Under the pieces are notes generated by a model. That model made no database searches and had not been told where the DNA came from. It saw nothing but the letters and a program-made list of their open reading frames with translations. A stretch of 64,000 nucleotides of DNA, taken from positions 160,961-224,960 of the forward strand of contig CAYNPK010000001.1 of the NCBI GenBank assembly GCA_964399075.1. The letters are read 5' to 3'. Made by a program: the position numbers and the translations under genes. The stretch is from an uncultured Candidatus Saccharibacteria bacterium. Lineage in GTDB: Bacteria > Patescibacteriota > Minisyncoccia > Phycocordibacterales > JACOZG01. Below, one piece after another: positions 40,184 to 49,788 of this stretch; position 1 is the first letter of the stretch, and each line of letters starts with the position of its first letter.

Positions 40184-41335
40184 ATGCCCAAGCTTGACCC
40201 AGAAATAGAAGCCTTTGCCAGAATCAAAGTGGTTGGTGTTGGTGGATCCGGCACCAATGCGATTAACCACATGATGCGTTGCAACGTTAAAGGAGTGGAG
40301 TTTATTGCCGTCAATACTGACGCTCAAGACCTCCACCATTCTCTAGCCAAGAAGAAGGTTCATATTGGTAAGAACTTAACCAGAGGTTTGGGCACAGGAA
40401 TGAATCCGGAATTGGGATCAAAAGCGGCTGACGAAAGTATCGAAGAAATTCAAGACGTTCTTAAGGGAGCAGATATGGTCTTCCTTGCTTGTGGCACTGG
40501 CGGTGGCACTGGTTCTGGCGCCACCCCGAGAATTGCCAAGGTGGCAAAAGACCAAGGAGTCTTAACAGTGGCCGTTGTGACTAAACCTTTTTTCTTCGAA
40601 GGCAATCAGAGAATGCAAATCTCCGAAAGAGCGATTGAAGAAATCCGAAAAGAAGTAGACGCTCTAATTGTTATCCCTAACGACAGACTGTTAAGTCTGA
40701 TTGATAAAAATACCACTTTTAATACTGCTTTTGCGATGTGCGATGAGATCCTTAGACAAGCGGTAGAAGGAATTTCTGACTTAATCACAATGGAGGGCAT
40801 CATTAACGTTGACTTCGCCGACATCCGCGCTGTCATGACTAATGCCGGACCAGCCCTATTAGGAATCGGCCGGAGCGCTGGTGATAATCGCGCTGTGGAA
40901 GCGGCCAAGGCAGCGATCAACTCGCCGTTGTTAGACATTTCTATTGATGGCGCCAAGGGAGTCCTCTTTGCCATTGCTGGTGATCAAAACATGACCATGT
41001 TCGAAATCCAAGAAGCCGCTAAAGCGGTCATCGAATCAATTGATCCAAGTGCTAAAGTTATCTTCGGCGCCTTCAAGGACGAAAAATTAAATAAAAACGA
41101 AATCAAAGTAACAGTGATTGCCTCCGGTTTCCCAGAAAATGTCAAACGAAAGCCGGTACCAAGCTTAAATCAAAACAAAGAAGAAGATGGGAAAATTATC
41201 AGCGATAACCTAACCAGCAACCCACCAGAAATTAAAACTACCAAAAAGGGAGAGGCAACGCCATTAGCAGAAGAAAATAACGAAGACGATTGGTCCTCTA
41301 TCCCCGCCTTCCTTCGTCGTCCGCGACAAAAATAG
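40184..41335 (+). CDS. ftsZ: Cell division protein FtsZ
   Basis: IKVVGVGG, NTDAQDL, GGGTGSG, NVDFAD, C-terminal IPAFLR. Confidence 0.97.
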   Translation: MPKLDPEIEAFARIKVVGVGGSGTNAINHMMRCNVKGVEFIAVNTDAQDLHHSLAKKKVHIGKNLTRGLGTGMNPELGSKAADESIEEIQDVLKGADMVFLACGTGGGTGSGATPRIAKVAKDQGVLTVAVVTKPFFFEGNQRMQISERAIEEIRKEVDALIVIPNDRLLSLIDKNTTFNTAFAMCDEILRQAVEGISDLITMEGIINVDFADIRAVMTNAGPALLGIGRSAGDNRAVEAAKAAINSPLLDISIDGAKGVLFAIAGDQNMTMFEIQEAAKAVIESIDPSAKVIFGAFKDEKLNKNEIKVTVIASGFPENVKRKPVPSLNQNKEEDGKIISDNLTSNPPEIKTTKKGEATPLAEENNEDDWSSIPAFLRRPRQK

Positions 41336-42256
41336 ATGCCATACGAACTCGCGATCATCGGTGGCGGTCCAGCCGGAGTGGCAGCGGGAGTTTATGCTGC
41401 TCGCAAAAATATCAGAACAATCTTGCTGACTGTTGATTTTGGCGGTCAATCAATGGTTTCTGACGATATCCAAAATTGGATTGGCACCAAATCTATTTCT
41501 GGCGCTGACTTGGCGAAACAATTACGAGAACACCTCTATCATTACGAAGGGCCAAACTTTACCATTCAAACTGGAAAAAAAGTAACAAACATAACGACCA
41601 AAAATAAATTATTCACTCTGACAGACGAAGGGGGCCAACAGCACGAAGCTAAGACAGTACTAGTAACCAGTGGCGCCACCAGGCGCAAATTAGATATCCC
41701 GGGCGCGAAAGAATTTGAACAACGCGGTGTCACTTACTGCGCCACCTGCGACGGACCGATGTTCGCTGGTAAGGATGTGGCGGTAATTGGTGGTGGTAAT
41801 GCCGCTTTTGAAACCGCAATTCAACTATTGGCTTATTGCAAAACTGTTACTCTAATCCACCATCGCAATGACTTCCGCGCTGACGCGATTACGGTCAATA
41901 AAGTGAAAAAACAACCGAACTTCCAGCTAATTACCAACGCGGAAACTCAAGAATTTAGAGGTGATAAATTTATCAAAACTCTAGTCTATCGCGACATCAC
42001 TACAGACGAGATTAAACAATTAGAGATCCAGGGTGTCTTCGTCGAAATTGGCTTGGTGCCATCAACTGATTTGGTAAAAAATCTAATCAAGCTTAATCCT
42101 CACGGACAGATTGTCACTGATCCAAGAAATGGACGCACTTCCCTAGCGGGCGTGTGGGCGGCTGGTGATTGTACTGATGGCTTATATCATCAAAATAATA
42201 TTGCCACCGGAGACGCAATTAAAGCTCTGGAAGATATTTATTATTATCTCCACTAA
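41336..42256 (+). CDS. trxB: Thioredoxin reductase (TrxB/AhpF-C family)
   Basis: GGGPAG, CATCDG, GGGNAA, AAGD. Confidence 0.88.
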   Translation: MPYELAIIGGGPAGVAAGVYAARKNIRTILLTVDFGGQSMVSDDIQNWIGTKSISGADLAKQLREHLYHYEGPNFTIQTGKKVTNITTKNKLFTLTDEGGQQHEAKTVLVTSGATRRKLDIPGAKEFEQRGVTYCATCDGPMFAGKDVAVIGGGNAAFETAIQLLAYCKTVTLIHHRNDFRADAITVNKVKKQPNFQLITNAETQEFRGDKFIKTLVYRDITTDEIKQLEIQGVFVEIGLVPSTDLVKNLIKLNPHGQIVTDPRNGRTSLAGVWAAGDCTDGLYHQNNIATGDAIKALEDIYYYLH

Positions 42257-42264
42257 AAATTCTA

Positions 42265-43563
42265 ATGAATTTTAAAGTTATTGGCGGTAAAAGTTTATCA
42301 GGAAGCATCACCACGCGCACGGCTAAGAATTCAGCCGTGGCTCTGCTCTGCGCCTCACTGTTAAACAAAGGGAAAACCACTCTCAAAAATATGCCGAAAA
42401 TTGAGGAGGTAAATAGACTAAACGAAGTCTTAAACAGTCTAGACGTTAAAACAATTTGGGAAAAAGATGATCTGACAATTATTCCTCCTACTAAACTTAA
42501 AATCAATAATTTAAATCAAGAAGCCGCGATTAAAACCAGAAGCGTCTTGATGATGCTGGGAGCTCTAGTCCACCACGCGCCAAACTTCAAATTACCTCAT
42601 TCTGGTGGTTGTAAACTCGGCACTAGAACTGTCCGCCCTCACTTATTTGCTCTAGAACAACTAGGGGTCTCAATAATTTCTCTTCACGACAACTATGAGG
42701 TTAAAGCAAAAAAATTGCGCCCAAACGAAATCGTCTTGTACGAAACCGGCGATACGGTGACGGAAAATGTGATTATCGCCGCCTCTTTGATTAAAGGCAA
42801 AACAATCATTAAATACGCTTCGGCTAATTACATGGTGCAAGATCTTTGTCATTATTTGAAATTATTAGGCGTCCAGATAGAAGGGATAGGCACCAGCACT
42901 CTGGTTATCCACGGACAACCAGGAATTAATCAAGATGTGGTCTTCCAAATGAGCGAGGACCCAATCGAGAGCATGCTCTTCATTGCTATTGCCGCTACCA
43001 CTAATTCCAGCATCACCATTCGTCGATGCCCGATTGATTTTCTAGAATTAGAATTGCTCAAACTTAAGAAAATGGGCTGGCGTTACCAAGTGTTAAAAAA
43101 ATACAAGAGCGAGAATAACTTTACCAATCTAGTAGACATCCTCACCAAACCAAGCAAACTTAAAGCACTGGAGGAAAAAATTCACCCCCTACCCTATCCC
43201 GGCATCAACATTGATAATCTGCCATTCTTTGTACCCATTGCCACGCAAGCGAGAGGAACAACCCTAATCCACGACTGGGTTTATGAAAATCGCGCGATTT
43301 ATTATCTGGAAATGGCCAAACTTGGCGCTAACATTATTTTAGCCGATCCGCATCGAGTAATTATTGAGGGGCCAACAGCTTTGCGTGCCACCGAAGTTAT
43401 TTGCCCACCGGCCTTGCGTCCGGCTGCTATTATTCTAATTGGCATGCTAGCGGCCAAAGACACTTCGCTATTGCGAAATGTTTACTCCATTAATCGTGGT
43501 TACGAAGATTTAGCCCAACGCCTAAACAAGCTCGGAGCACAAATTGAGGCTTTTGAAGATTAA
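42265..43563 (+). CDS. murA: UDP-N-acetylglucosamine 1-carboxyvinyltransferase
   Basis: AKNSA, GGCKLGTR, PYPG, SINRGYE. Confidence 0.92.
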   Translation: MNFKVIGGKSLSGSITTRTAKNSAVALLCASLLNKGKTTLKNMPKIEEVNRLNEVLNSLDVKTIWEKDDLTIIPPTKLKINNLNQEAAIKTRSVLMMLGALVHHAPNFKLPHSGGCKLGTRTVRPHLFALEQLGVSIISLHDNYEVKAKKLRPNEIVLYETGDTVTENVIIAASLIKGKTIIKYASANYMVQDLCHYLKLLGVQIEGIGTSTLVIHGQPGINQDVVFQMSEDPIESMLFIAIAATTNSSITIRRCPIDFLELELLKLKKMGWRYQVLKKYKSENNFTNLVDILTKPSKLKALEEKIHPLPYPGINIDNLPFFVPIATQARGTTLIHDWVYENRAIYYLEMAKLGANIILADPHRVIIEGPTALRATEVICPPALRPAAIILIGMLAAKDTSLLRNVYSINRGYEDLAQRLNKLGAQIEAFED

Positions 43564-43567
43564 AAAA

Positions 43568-43639
43568 TGACCCTACCGGGAATCGAACCCGGATTACCGG
43601 CTTGAAAAGCCGATGTCCTAACCGTTAGACGATAGGGCC
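43568..43639 (-). tRNA. tRNA-Glu(TTC)
   Basis: GGCCCTA/TAGGGTC acceptor, CGGCT-TTTCA-AGCCG anticodon region, GGTTCGATTCC. Confidence 0.95.
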
Positions 43640-43717
43640 AAAATACTCTAGGACTGCTTTAGTTTATAGCTTCTAGACCATTTTGGCAAATCAACGCAAA
43701 AATGCTAGCATATTTCT

Positions 43718-43807
43718 GGAGGGTTGGCAGAGTGGTCTAACGCGCCGCACTCGAAATGCGGTTGGGGAGCAATCCCCTCACAGGTTCAAATCCTGTACCC
43801 TCCGCCA
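43718..43807 (+). tRNA. tRNA-Ser(CGA)
   Basis: GGAGGGT/ACCCTCC acceptor, CCGCA-CTCGAAA-TGCGG, long variable arm, CCA. Confidence 0.95.
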
Positions 43808-43811
43808 ATTT

Positions 43812-44624
43812 TTATAATGGACTTCTAATATTCTTCAACTTGGGATTTGTCACTTGTGTATAAATTTGAGTTGTACGAATGTTTGAGTGTCCAAGTAATT
43901 CTTGCACATAACGAACGTCAGTTCCGTTTTCCAATAAATGTGTCGCAAACGAATGCCTAAGTGAATGAAAAGTTGCAGGTTTACTGATCTTTGCTTTGGC
44001 TAAACTTTTTCTAAATACTTTTTGCAAAGATGTTGTTGTCAATTTCCCACCACGATTTGAGCCAAAGAGAAACTCATTCGTATTTTTACCAGCCACAACG
44101 TTTCGCAAAGCATCTTGCAACTTTTCAGGCAAGACGCTAATTCTGTCTTTTTTACCTTTTGCCCCTTTGATATGTACCACGAGCTCATCGATATCCAAAT
44201 CAGCAACCTTGAGATCGACAACTTCGCTCACGCGCAAACCACAAGCATAACCAAGTGAAATCATCAGTCGATATTTTGTATTATCCGTTGTTTCAATAAT
44301 TTTCTCAATTTCCGCATGGGATAACACTATCGGTAACTTCTTACTCCTTTTAGCAAACTTCAAATCGATTTTTTGAGGATCTTTCAAAACTTCTGCATAC
44401 AAAAACTTAATTGCATTTAGGGCGAGGTTGATTGTTTGTGGAGACTGATTGCGTCTGTGTTTATCAAGCAAAAAATCCTCAAGCGCTTTTTGCTTATTTG
44501 TGATTCCCCTTTCTTTCGAAAAATTGATATACTCTTTTATGTAGAGCAAATAGGCTTTACATGTTTTAGGCGAATAGTTACGTAAACGCAACGCACGATC
44601 AGTTTTATCTAAAACATTTTCCAT
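43812..44624 (-). CDS. Integron-associated tyrosine recombinase (IntI-like, lacking the IntI patch)
   Basis: LRNYSPKT..AY N-terminal domain, GLRVSE, KGKKDR, HSLRHSFATHLLENG, LLGH, TQIY. Confidence 0.88.
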   Translation of the reverse strand: MENVLDKTDRALRLRNYSPKTCKAYLLYIKEYINFSKERGITNKQKALEDFLLDKHRRNQSPQTINLALNAIKFLYAEVLKDPQKIDLKFAKRSKKLPIVLSHAEIEKIIETTDNTKYRLMISLGYACGLRVSEVVDLKVADLDIDELVVHIKGAKGKKDRISVLPEKLQDALRNVVAGKNTNEFLFGSNRGGKLTTTSLQKVFRKSLAKAKISKPATFHSLRHSFATHLLENGTDVRYVQELLGHSNIRTTQIYTQVTNPKLKNIRSPL

Positions 44625-44685
44625 ATTCAAAGAATAGCGAAAGTTTGTATAATATACAAGAATTTGTTACAATACGAATGGAAAA

Positions 44686-44707
44686 GTTAGATAATAACCA
44701 GTTAGCC
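44686..44707 (+). mobile_element. attI-like site
   Basis: GTTAGATAATAACCA-GTTAGCC between the integrase 5' end and the first divergent cassette. Confidence 0.55.
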
Positions 44708-44770
44708 GACATATTTTGACGGCAATTTAAAACCAAAGATTTAAAAACTTTTATTTTAAAACAATAAATT

Positions 44771-45460
44771 ATGAAAACAGTAGGAATAATTGGAGGTCTC
44801 GGACCTGAAACAACATCGGAATTTTACCTCGATATAATTTTTTCGTGTCAAAAAAAAGACAGAAGTAGCAGGCCATCTATCATAATCGCCAGCGTTCCTT
44901 TGCCTTATGCAATCGAAGATGAAGCTATATCAAAAAATATTGGGATTGAAAGAATAGCACCTTTCTTAGTTGCAGAGGCAAAGAGACTAGAAAAAGCTGG
45001 CGCTGATTTCTTAGTCATGCCATGCAATTCTCTTCATGTTTTTATCAAAGAAATCAGGAACGCTGTCGATATCCCTGTTTTAAGCATTATTGAAGAAACG
45101 GTAAAATTCCTCAAGACAAATAATTTGAATAAGGTTGGCATAGTATCAACTTCTGCGACGATTCAGAATAAATTATATGAAACTGCATTTGAAAAAAACG
45201 GGATTATTTATGTAACGCCAGATGCTTTCCAACAGGCAAAAATGGGGAAATTTATTCTGAATCTTGTTACTGGTCAACAAAAAAATCGTGACAGAGAAGA
45301 CCTTATTCAAATTATTAATGACTTCGAGAAAAAAGATGTAGATTGTGTTGCACTTGCTTGCACCGACCTCCAATTATTAATTCCTAAACATCCACGATTA
45401 AAAATATTCGACACAATGAAGATACTTGCGGATGCGACTGTTGAGGAGATATTGAAATAA
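44771..45460 (+). CDS. Aspartate/glutamate racemase family protein (RacX/YgeA-like), gene cassette
   Basis: MKTVGIIGGLGP, MPCNS and ACTD catalytic cysteines. Confidence 0.9.
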   Translation: MKTVGIIGGLGPETTSEFYLDIIFSCQKKDRSSRPSIIIASVPLPYAIEDEAISKNIGIERIAPFLVAEAKRLEKAGADFLVMPCNSLHVFIKEIRNAVDIPVLSIIEETVKFLKTNNLNKVGIVSTSATIQNKLYETAFEKNGIIYVTPDAFQQAKMGKFILNLVTGQQKNRDREDLIQIINDFEKKDVDCVALACTDLQLLIPKHPRLKIFDTMKILADATVEEILK

Positions 45461-45499
45461 AAGTTTTTAAAATATTGAAAATTGCCGTCAAAATACGAC

Positions 45500-45577
45500 G
45501 GCTAACAGCGTGTATGCGGTTCCGCTTCGCTCCGCCCATATCGCTATCGCGACATCGCATACACGCGTACGTTGTCC
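45500..45577 (+). mobile_element. attC site
   Basis: GGCTAAC inverse core (complement of the cassette-start GTTAGCC), GCGTGTATGCG/CGCATACACGC arms, GTTGTCC core. Confidence 0.75.
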
Positions 45578-45712
45578 GCAATTCCGCTCCGCTCCATTGC
45601 GGATGTCGCACCTTGCAAATGGGCGGGAATGTGATATAATGCACTTTTTCGCCACTATCAAGCACGATCGTGGTGGATAAAATAAAAAATTTTATTCTTT
45701 AATTTATACACT

Positions 45713-46288
45713 ATGGAAAACTTTGAGAACAAAGAAAATTTCGCCACTAATACTTTACAGAAACAGCTTATCGATGCAGGTATTGACACTTCTATGTGGG
45801 GCACTGGTCAAGCCAAAACATTAGCGAATCTCCAGAAAGAGATTGAGAGTGGCGAAACTGTTTTAATTACCGGCGAGACTGGTGAATTGTTGAGGAGAGT
45901 TATTGTTGGAGGTGCTGATATCTATTATCAATCGCCAAATGGTAAAAAATATCGCCTGAGAGAAGACCGACAGGTTTTTAAAGATGGACGAGAACGACGC
46001 AGAGATTTAGAGCAAGCTGTTTCTGAAAAAATGAAGCCGGACGAAGACCCCAAAGACGCCATGATCCGTGGGATACAAGAAGAGTTAGGTCTCGGTGACG
46101 AAATTAATTTAACCGAAATGGGAACAGACACACAGCGAGTTACTTCCCCAAGTTATCCTGGATTAGAGTCTGAATATATTCGTCACAAATTCCAAGCAAC
46201 ACTCGTAGATAAATAATTTAATCCTAAAGGATATGTAGAGGAACAATCTAATAAAAGTACATATTTTGTCTGGGAGGAAATAGAATAA
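45713..46288 (+). pseudogene. NUDIX-like hypothetical gene with in-frame premature TAA at 46214-46216
   Basis: AMIRGIQEELG motif; the frame continues after the TAA as FNPKGYVEEQSNKSTYFVWEEIE*. Confidence 0.6.
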
Positions 46289-46377
46289 ATTATGGGAATA
46301 AAATTTACAAATTAACTTAGAGGCAATAGGTTAATTTTTCCCAAATTAAAATCAGAATATAAAAAAGTAGGTTGAAA

Positions 46378-46474
46378 TAAAAAAAGGAGAGCTTCTCGTA
46401 GCTCTCCCTAGGATCAGATTTTGGGGACGATAATGCAGATGCACGGCCCATAGGCCCTAGCCCATCCAATCCTT
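46378..46474 (-). ncRNA. Candidate structured small RNA
   Basis: Own promoter (TTGCAA-17-TTAAAT with TG), GC-rich base-paired body, GGAGAGC/GCTCTCC terminator with T-tract. Confidence 0.4.
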
Positions 46475-46574
46475 AGATATATTTAAGCAAATAACTAATC
46501 AGATTGCAAGAGGTTTTTGTCACCTTGTTTTTTCGGCTTGAAATGATAAAATCGAGAGATAACTTTTGGTTTTA

Positions 46575-46647
46575 GGGCGGTTAGCTCAGTTGGTAGAGCG
46601 TTTCTTTGACGTAGAAAAGGTCACAGGTTCGAATCCTGTACCGCCCA
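46575..46647 (+). tRNA. tRNA-Val(GAC)
   Basis: GGGCGGT/ACCGCCC acceptor, TTTCT-TTGACGT-AGAAA, GGTTCGAATCC. Confidence 0.95.
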
Positions 46648-46652
46648 CTCGG

Positions 46653-47819
46653 ATGAAAATTCTAGCAATCGAGACTAGTTGTGACGAAACCGCCGTAAGC
46701 GTGATCAACGCTCAAGGTGGCTTAAATAGGCCCAAATTTGAGATTCTTGCCCACTTGGTGGCCTCTCAAGCGGACTTACACGCCCCCTACGGTGGCGTAG
46801 TCCCCTCTCTAGCGAAACGAGAACACGGAAGAAATTTAATCCCCTTATTGATAGCGGCTCTTAAGCAAGCAAAATTAACCAACCCAGGATCTCGTCAGCG
46901 TGATAATCTAACTATCGGCCTAGCCGAACAAGTCCGTCAAATTTTCGATCATGAGTCTGAACTATTAGAAAGGTTTTTGACGGTGATTCCTGGAATCAAA
47001 GCGCCAGCGATTGACCTGCTGGCGGTAACTCAAGGGCCGGGACTGGAACCAGCCTTGTGGACCGGCATCAACTTTGCTCGCGCCCTCTCTCTGGTTTGGA
47101 ATATTCCTCTCTTACCAATTAATCATCTGGAGGGGCACGCCTTAGCGGTTCTAAATAATAATCACAAAATAAATTTTCCGGCGTTAGTTTTATTAATTTC
47201 CGGCGGTCACACTCAACTTGTTTTGATGAAAGATTGGCTTAGGTATCAAACCATCGGCGAAACTAGAGATGATGCTGCCGGTGAAGCCTTCGACAAAGTG
47301 GCAAGAATTCTCGACCTCCCCTACCCCGGCGGACCACAAATTGCCCGCCTCGCTTCCTTGGGTACACCCAAGGAAGCTTATCGTCTACCGCGACCGATGA
47401 TTAACACTAACGATTTTGATTTTTCTTTCTCCGGTCTTAAGACAGCAGCGCTTTATTTAGTAAAAAAAATCCAACCTCTGACGCAAATTACTAAAACCGA
47501 AATTGCTTACGAATTCCAACAAGCGGTGATTGATGTTCTAATTCACAAAACTCTCCAAGCGGTGAAGCGCTACCAACCTAAGACCTTAATTGTTGGTGGT
47601 GGGGTGGCTAACAATGTTGAACTAGGCAAACAGTTGGAACGCAAATTGACTCAAGAATATCCGAAGACTACCCTACTCCTGCCAACGCCAGACTTAAGCA
47701 CTGATAACGCCACGATGATCGCCATCGCTGCTTATTGTCGCTCTCTCAAATATCCAAAAACTAAAACGCAAAAAAAGTCGCCAACCATAGTGGCACGAGG
47801 CACCCTACCCCTTAAATAA
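46653..47819 (+). CDS. tsaD: tRNA N6-adenosine threonylcarbamoyltransferase TsaD
   Basis: ILAIETSCDET, GGVVP, GPGL, NHLEGH, SGGHT, DDAAGEAFDK, TDNATMI. Confidence 0.95.
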   Translation: MKILAIETSCDETAVSVINAQGGLNRPKFEILAHLVASQADLHAPYGGVVPSLAKREHGRNLIPLLIAALKQAKLTNPGSRQRDNLTIGLAEQVRQIFDHESELLERFLTVIPGIKAPAIDLLAVTQGPGLEPALWTGINFARALSLVWNIPLLPINHLEGHALAVLNNNHKINFPALVLLISGGHTQLVLMKDWLRYQTIGETRDDAAGEAFDKVARILDLPYPGGPQIARLASLGTPKEAYRLPRPMINTNDFDFSFSGLKTAALYLVKKIQPLTQITKTEIAYEFQQAVIDVLIHKTLQAVKRYQPKTLIVGGGVANNVELGKQLERKLTQEYPKTTLLLPTPDLSTDNATMIAIAAYCRSLKYPKTKTQKKSPTIVARGTLPLK

Positions 47820-47852
47820 TAAGTCTGTTAAAATTAGAGTTAGAAATAAAAT

Positions 47853-48569
47853 ATGACTTTAATAGTTTTCGCTCTGCTTATTGGTTTAATTCCGGCAATA
47901 TTTTGGCTGTGGTTTTGGTTGAAGGAAGATAGGTCTAATCCGGAACCCAAATGGCTAATTATTAGAGTATTCGCGCTAGGTGGCTTAATGATTATTCCAG
48001 CTTTTCTATTACAGAAAGAGATGCACCCTGGAGTAAATATTGAGCTGGCAGAAAATCTAGTTTGGCTAATCGTGATTTGGTCAGTAATTGAAGAGGTTCT
48101 TAAATTTCTTGCCGCCTACTTTGGCGGTTTACGAAGTCGCCACTTCGACGAGCCGATTGATGCAATGATTTATTTAATTACAGCGGCTCTGGGCTTTGTG
48201 GCGATAGAAAACACCCTCTACGCTCTCGGAGCGCTCCAGTCTGACGGCATCACCAGCCTCTCTTTCGTCTTAATGGGAAACCTGCGCTTTATCGGCGCTA
48301 CCGTTGTGCACGTGGTTGCCTCCGCTCTAGTTGGTGGAATGATCGGTCTCGCCTTCTATGGCTCCACCTGGAAGAAGCTAATTTACATCGTGGTTGGCCT
48401 CGGTGGCGCGACGGCATTGCATAGCTTTTTCAATTACACTATAATTAAAGGAGTTGAGTCTGATTTATTTAAAATCTTTCTGCTATTCTGGTTTTTGGCG
48501 CTAATGATCATTCTTTTTTTCGAGAAGATTAAACAAAATATTATTCAATTTAAAATAGATAAGCAATAA
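47853..48569 (+). CDS. PrsW family intramembrane metalloprotease
   Basis: IEEVLK, ALGFVAIEN, VVH, ALHSFFN. Confidence 0.88.
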   Translation: MTLIVFALLIGLIPAIFWLWFWLKEDRSNPEPKWLIIRVFALGGLMIIPAFLLQKEMHPGVNIELAENLVWLIVIWSVIEEVLKFLAAYFGGLRSRHFDEPIDAMIYLITAALGFVAIENTLYALGALQSDGITSLSFVLMGNLRFIGATVVHVVASALVGGMIGLAFYGSTWKKLIYIVVGLGGATALHSFFNYTIIKGVESDLFKIFLLFWFLALMIILFFEKIKQNIIQFKIDKQ

Positions 48570-48579
48570 TTAAATTATC

Positions 48580-49053
48580 ATGATGCAAAAAAAACGATCA
48601 TTCTTCGAACGCCTAACCGGCAGTGTTTCAGTCAATGAGGATGAAGATTTACTAGAGGAGAAACTAACCGAAAAAGATAAAGACAGGGATAGAGATAATG
48701 ATTGGATTGGCGAGAGTTCCGAAGAGGGCGAACTAACTGTGGATGTCTATCAAACTCCGTCCGAGATTGTGATTAAAACAATGGTAGCCGGTGTTAAACC
48801 CGAAGATCTAAATGTCGCCATCACTCGCGACATGGTGACAATCAAAGGCCGTCGAGAAGAAACTCGCGAGATTCCCAACGATCAATATTTCCAAAGGGAA
48901 CTTTATTGGGGATCATTCTCTCGCGCTATTTTGCTACCAGCCGAAATTGAGGTGGAAGAAGCCGAAGCCATTGAGAAACACGGCTTGTTAACAATCCGCC
49001 TGCTTAAGATAGATAAGGACAAGAGTCAGACTCTCAAAATCAAATCGCTTTAA
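48580..49053 (+). CDS. Hsp20/alpha-crystallin small heat shock protein
   Basis: VDVYQT, AGVKPEDL, WGSFSRAILLP, GLLTIRL. Confidence 0.9.
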   Translation: MMQKKRSFFERLTGSVSVNEDEDLLEEKLTEKDKDRDRDNDWIGESSEEGELTVDVYQTPSEIVIKTMVAGVKPEDLNVAITRDMVTIKGRREETREIPNDQYFQRELYWGSFSRAILLPAEIEVEEAEAIEKHGLLTIRLLKIDKDKSQTLKIKSL

Positions 49054-49090
49054 ATCTATCTTAATCCTAATCTAATTTCTAATTAATGGG

Positions 49091-49163
49091 TGTCGAGAGC
49101 CGGGCTCGAACCGGCGACCCTTCCCTCTTCAGGGGAATGCTCTACCAACTGAGCTATCTCGAC
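49091..49163 (-). tRNA. tRNA-Phe(GAA)
   Basis: GTCGAGA/TCTCGAC acceptor, TTCCC-CTGAAGA-GGGAA, GGTTCGAGCCC. Confidence 0.95.
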
Positions 49164-49189
49164 TTAATCATTATTCTAGAGAAAAAACC

Positions 49190-49429
49190 TTAAAAAGTAA
49201 ACCCACTAATGAGACCCTTAGATTCTTCAAGATTTTGGGTAAATTGCCCAATTAAGGGCTGGAGATAGTAATAAGCCCCAAGAGCGGCAGCGATAATCAC
49301 TATCCAACGCGCCAGAAACCAGGCGCGATGCAGGCGTTGATAACTAAGCAACTTGCGGAGTAGCCGATTATTTTCTTCCACCCGCTCGGCGATTTTGCGA
49401 ACTAAATTATTGTGTTCTTGTTCAAACAT
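49190..49429 (-). CDS. Small single-TM hypothetical protein
   Basis: EENNRLLRKL helix, TM, YYYLQP. Confidence 0.65.
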   Translation of the reverse strand: MFEQEHNNLVRKIAERVEENNRLLRKLLSYQRLHRAWFLARWIVIIAAALGAYYYLQPLIGQFTQNLEESKGLISGFTF

Positions 49430-49440
49430 AATCTATCTAA

Positions 49441-49512
49441 TGCTGCTGGGCTGAATCGAACAGCCATTTAGGGCTTAGGAGTCCCTCGTTCTATCCATTG
49501 AACTACAGCAGC
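49441..49512 (-). tRNA. tRNA-Arg(CCT)
   Basis: GCTGCTG/CAGCAGC acceptor, loop CTCCTAA, GTTCGATTC. Confidence 0.9.
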
Positions 49513-49521
49513 CGAAGCTCT

Positions 49522-49773
49522 CTAGAGACCCAAGAGACTGGACAGCGAGGCCTTGTCGAAGCCAACAACAATTTCCTCATCGTCTTCTTCGTTCTTAACC
49601 ACAATCACCGGCACGCCCATCTGGCCAGACTTCTCAACCATTTCTTCCCGCCTGGTCGCATCCAGCCCCACGTTATATTCCGTGTACTTGATATTATTCT
49701 GTCCAAAAAAATCCTTCGCCATGTGACAATAATGACAAGAAGGGGTGGTATAAATTTCAACTTTTTTCGCCAT
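49522..49773 (-). CDS. Glutaredoxin-like (NrdH-redoxin/YruB) protein
   Basis: IYTTPSCHYC, SGQMGVPV, VGFD. Confidence 0.9.
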   Translation of the reverse strand: MAKKVEIYTTPSCHYCHMAKDFFGQNNIKYTEYNVGLDATRREEMVEKSGQMGVPVIVVKNEEDDEEIVVGFDKASLSSLLGL

Positions 49774-49788
49774 AATAGAACTATTGTA

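Noticed and set aside
46214-46216. Stop-codon reassignment or alternative genetic code
   Set aside because: TAA, TAG and TGA all terminate well-conserved genes in this window.
43790-46570. Prophage or island integrated at tRNA-Ser with an att duplication
   Set aside because: No convincing repeat of the tRNA 3' end and no phage genes; integron-like organisation fits better.
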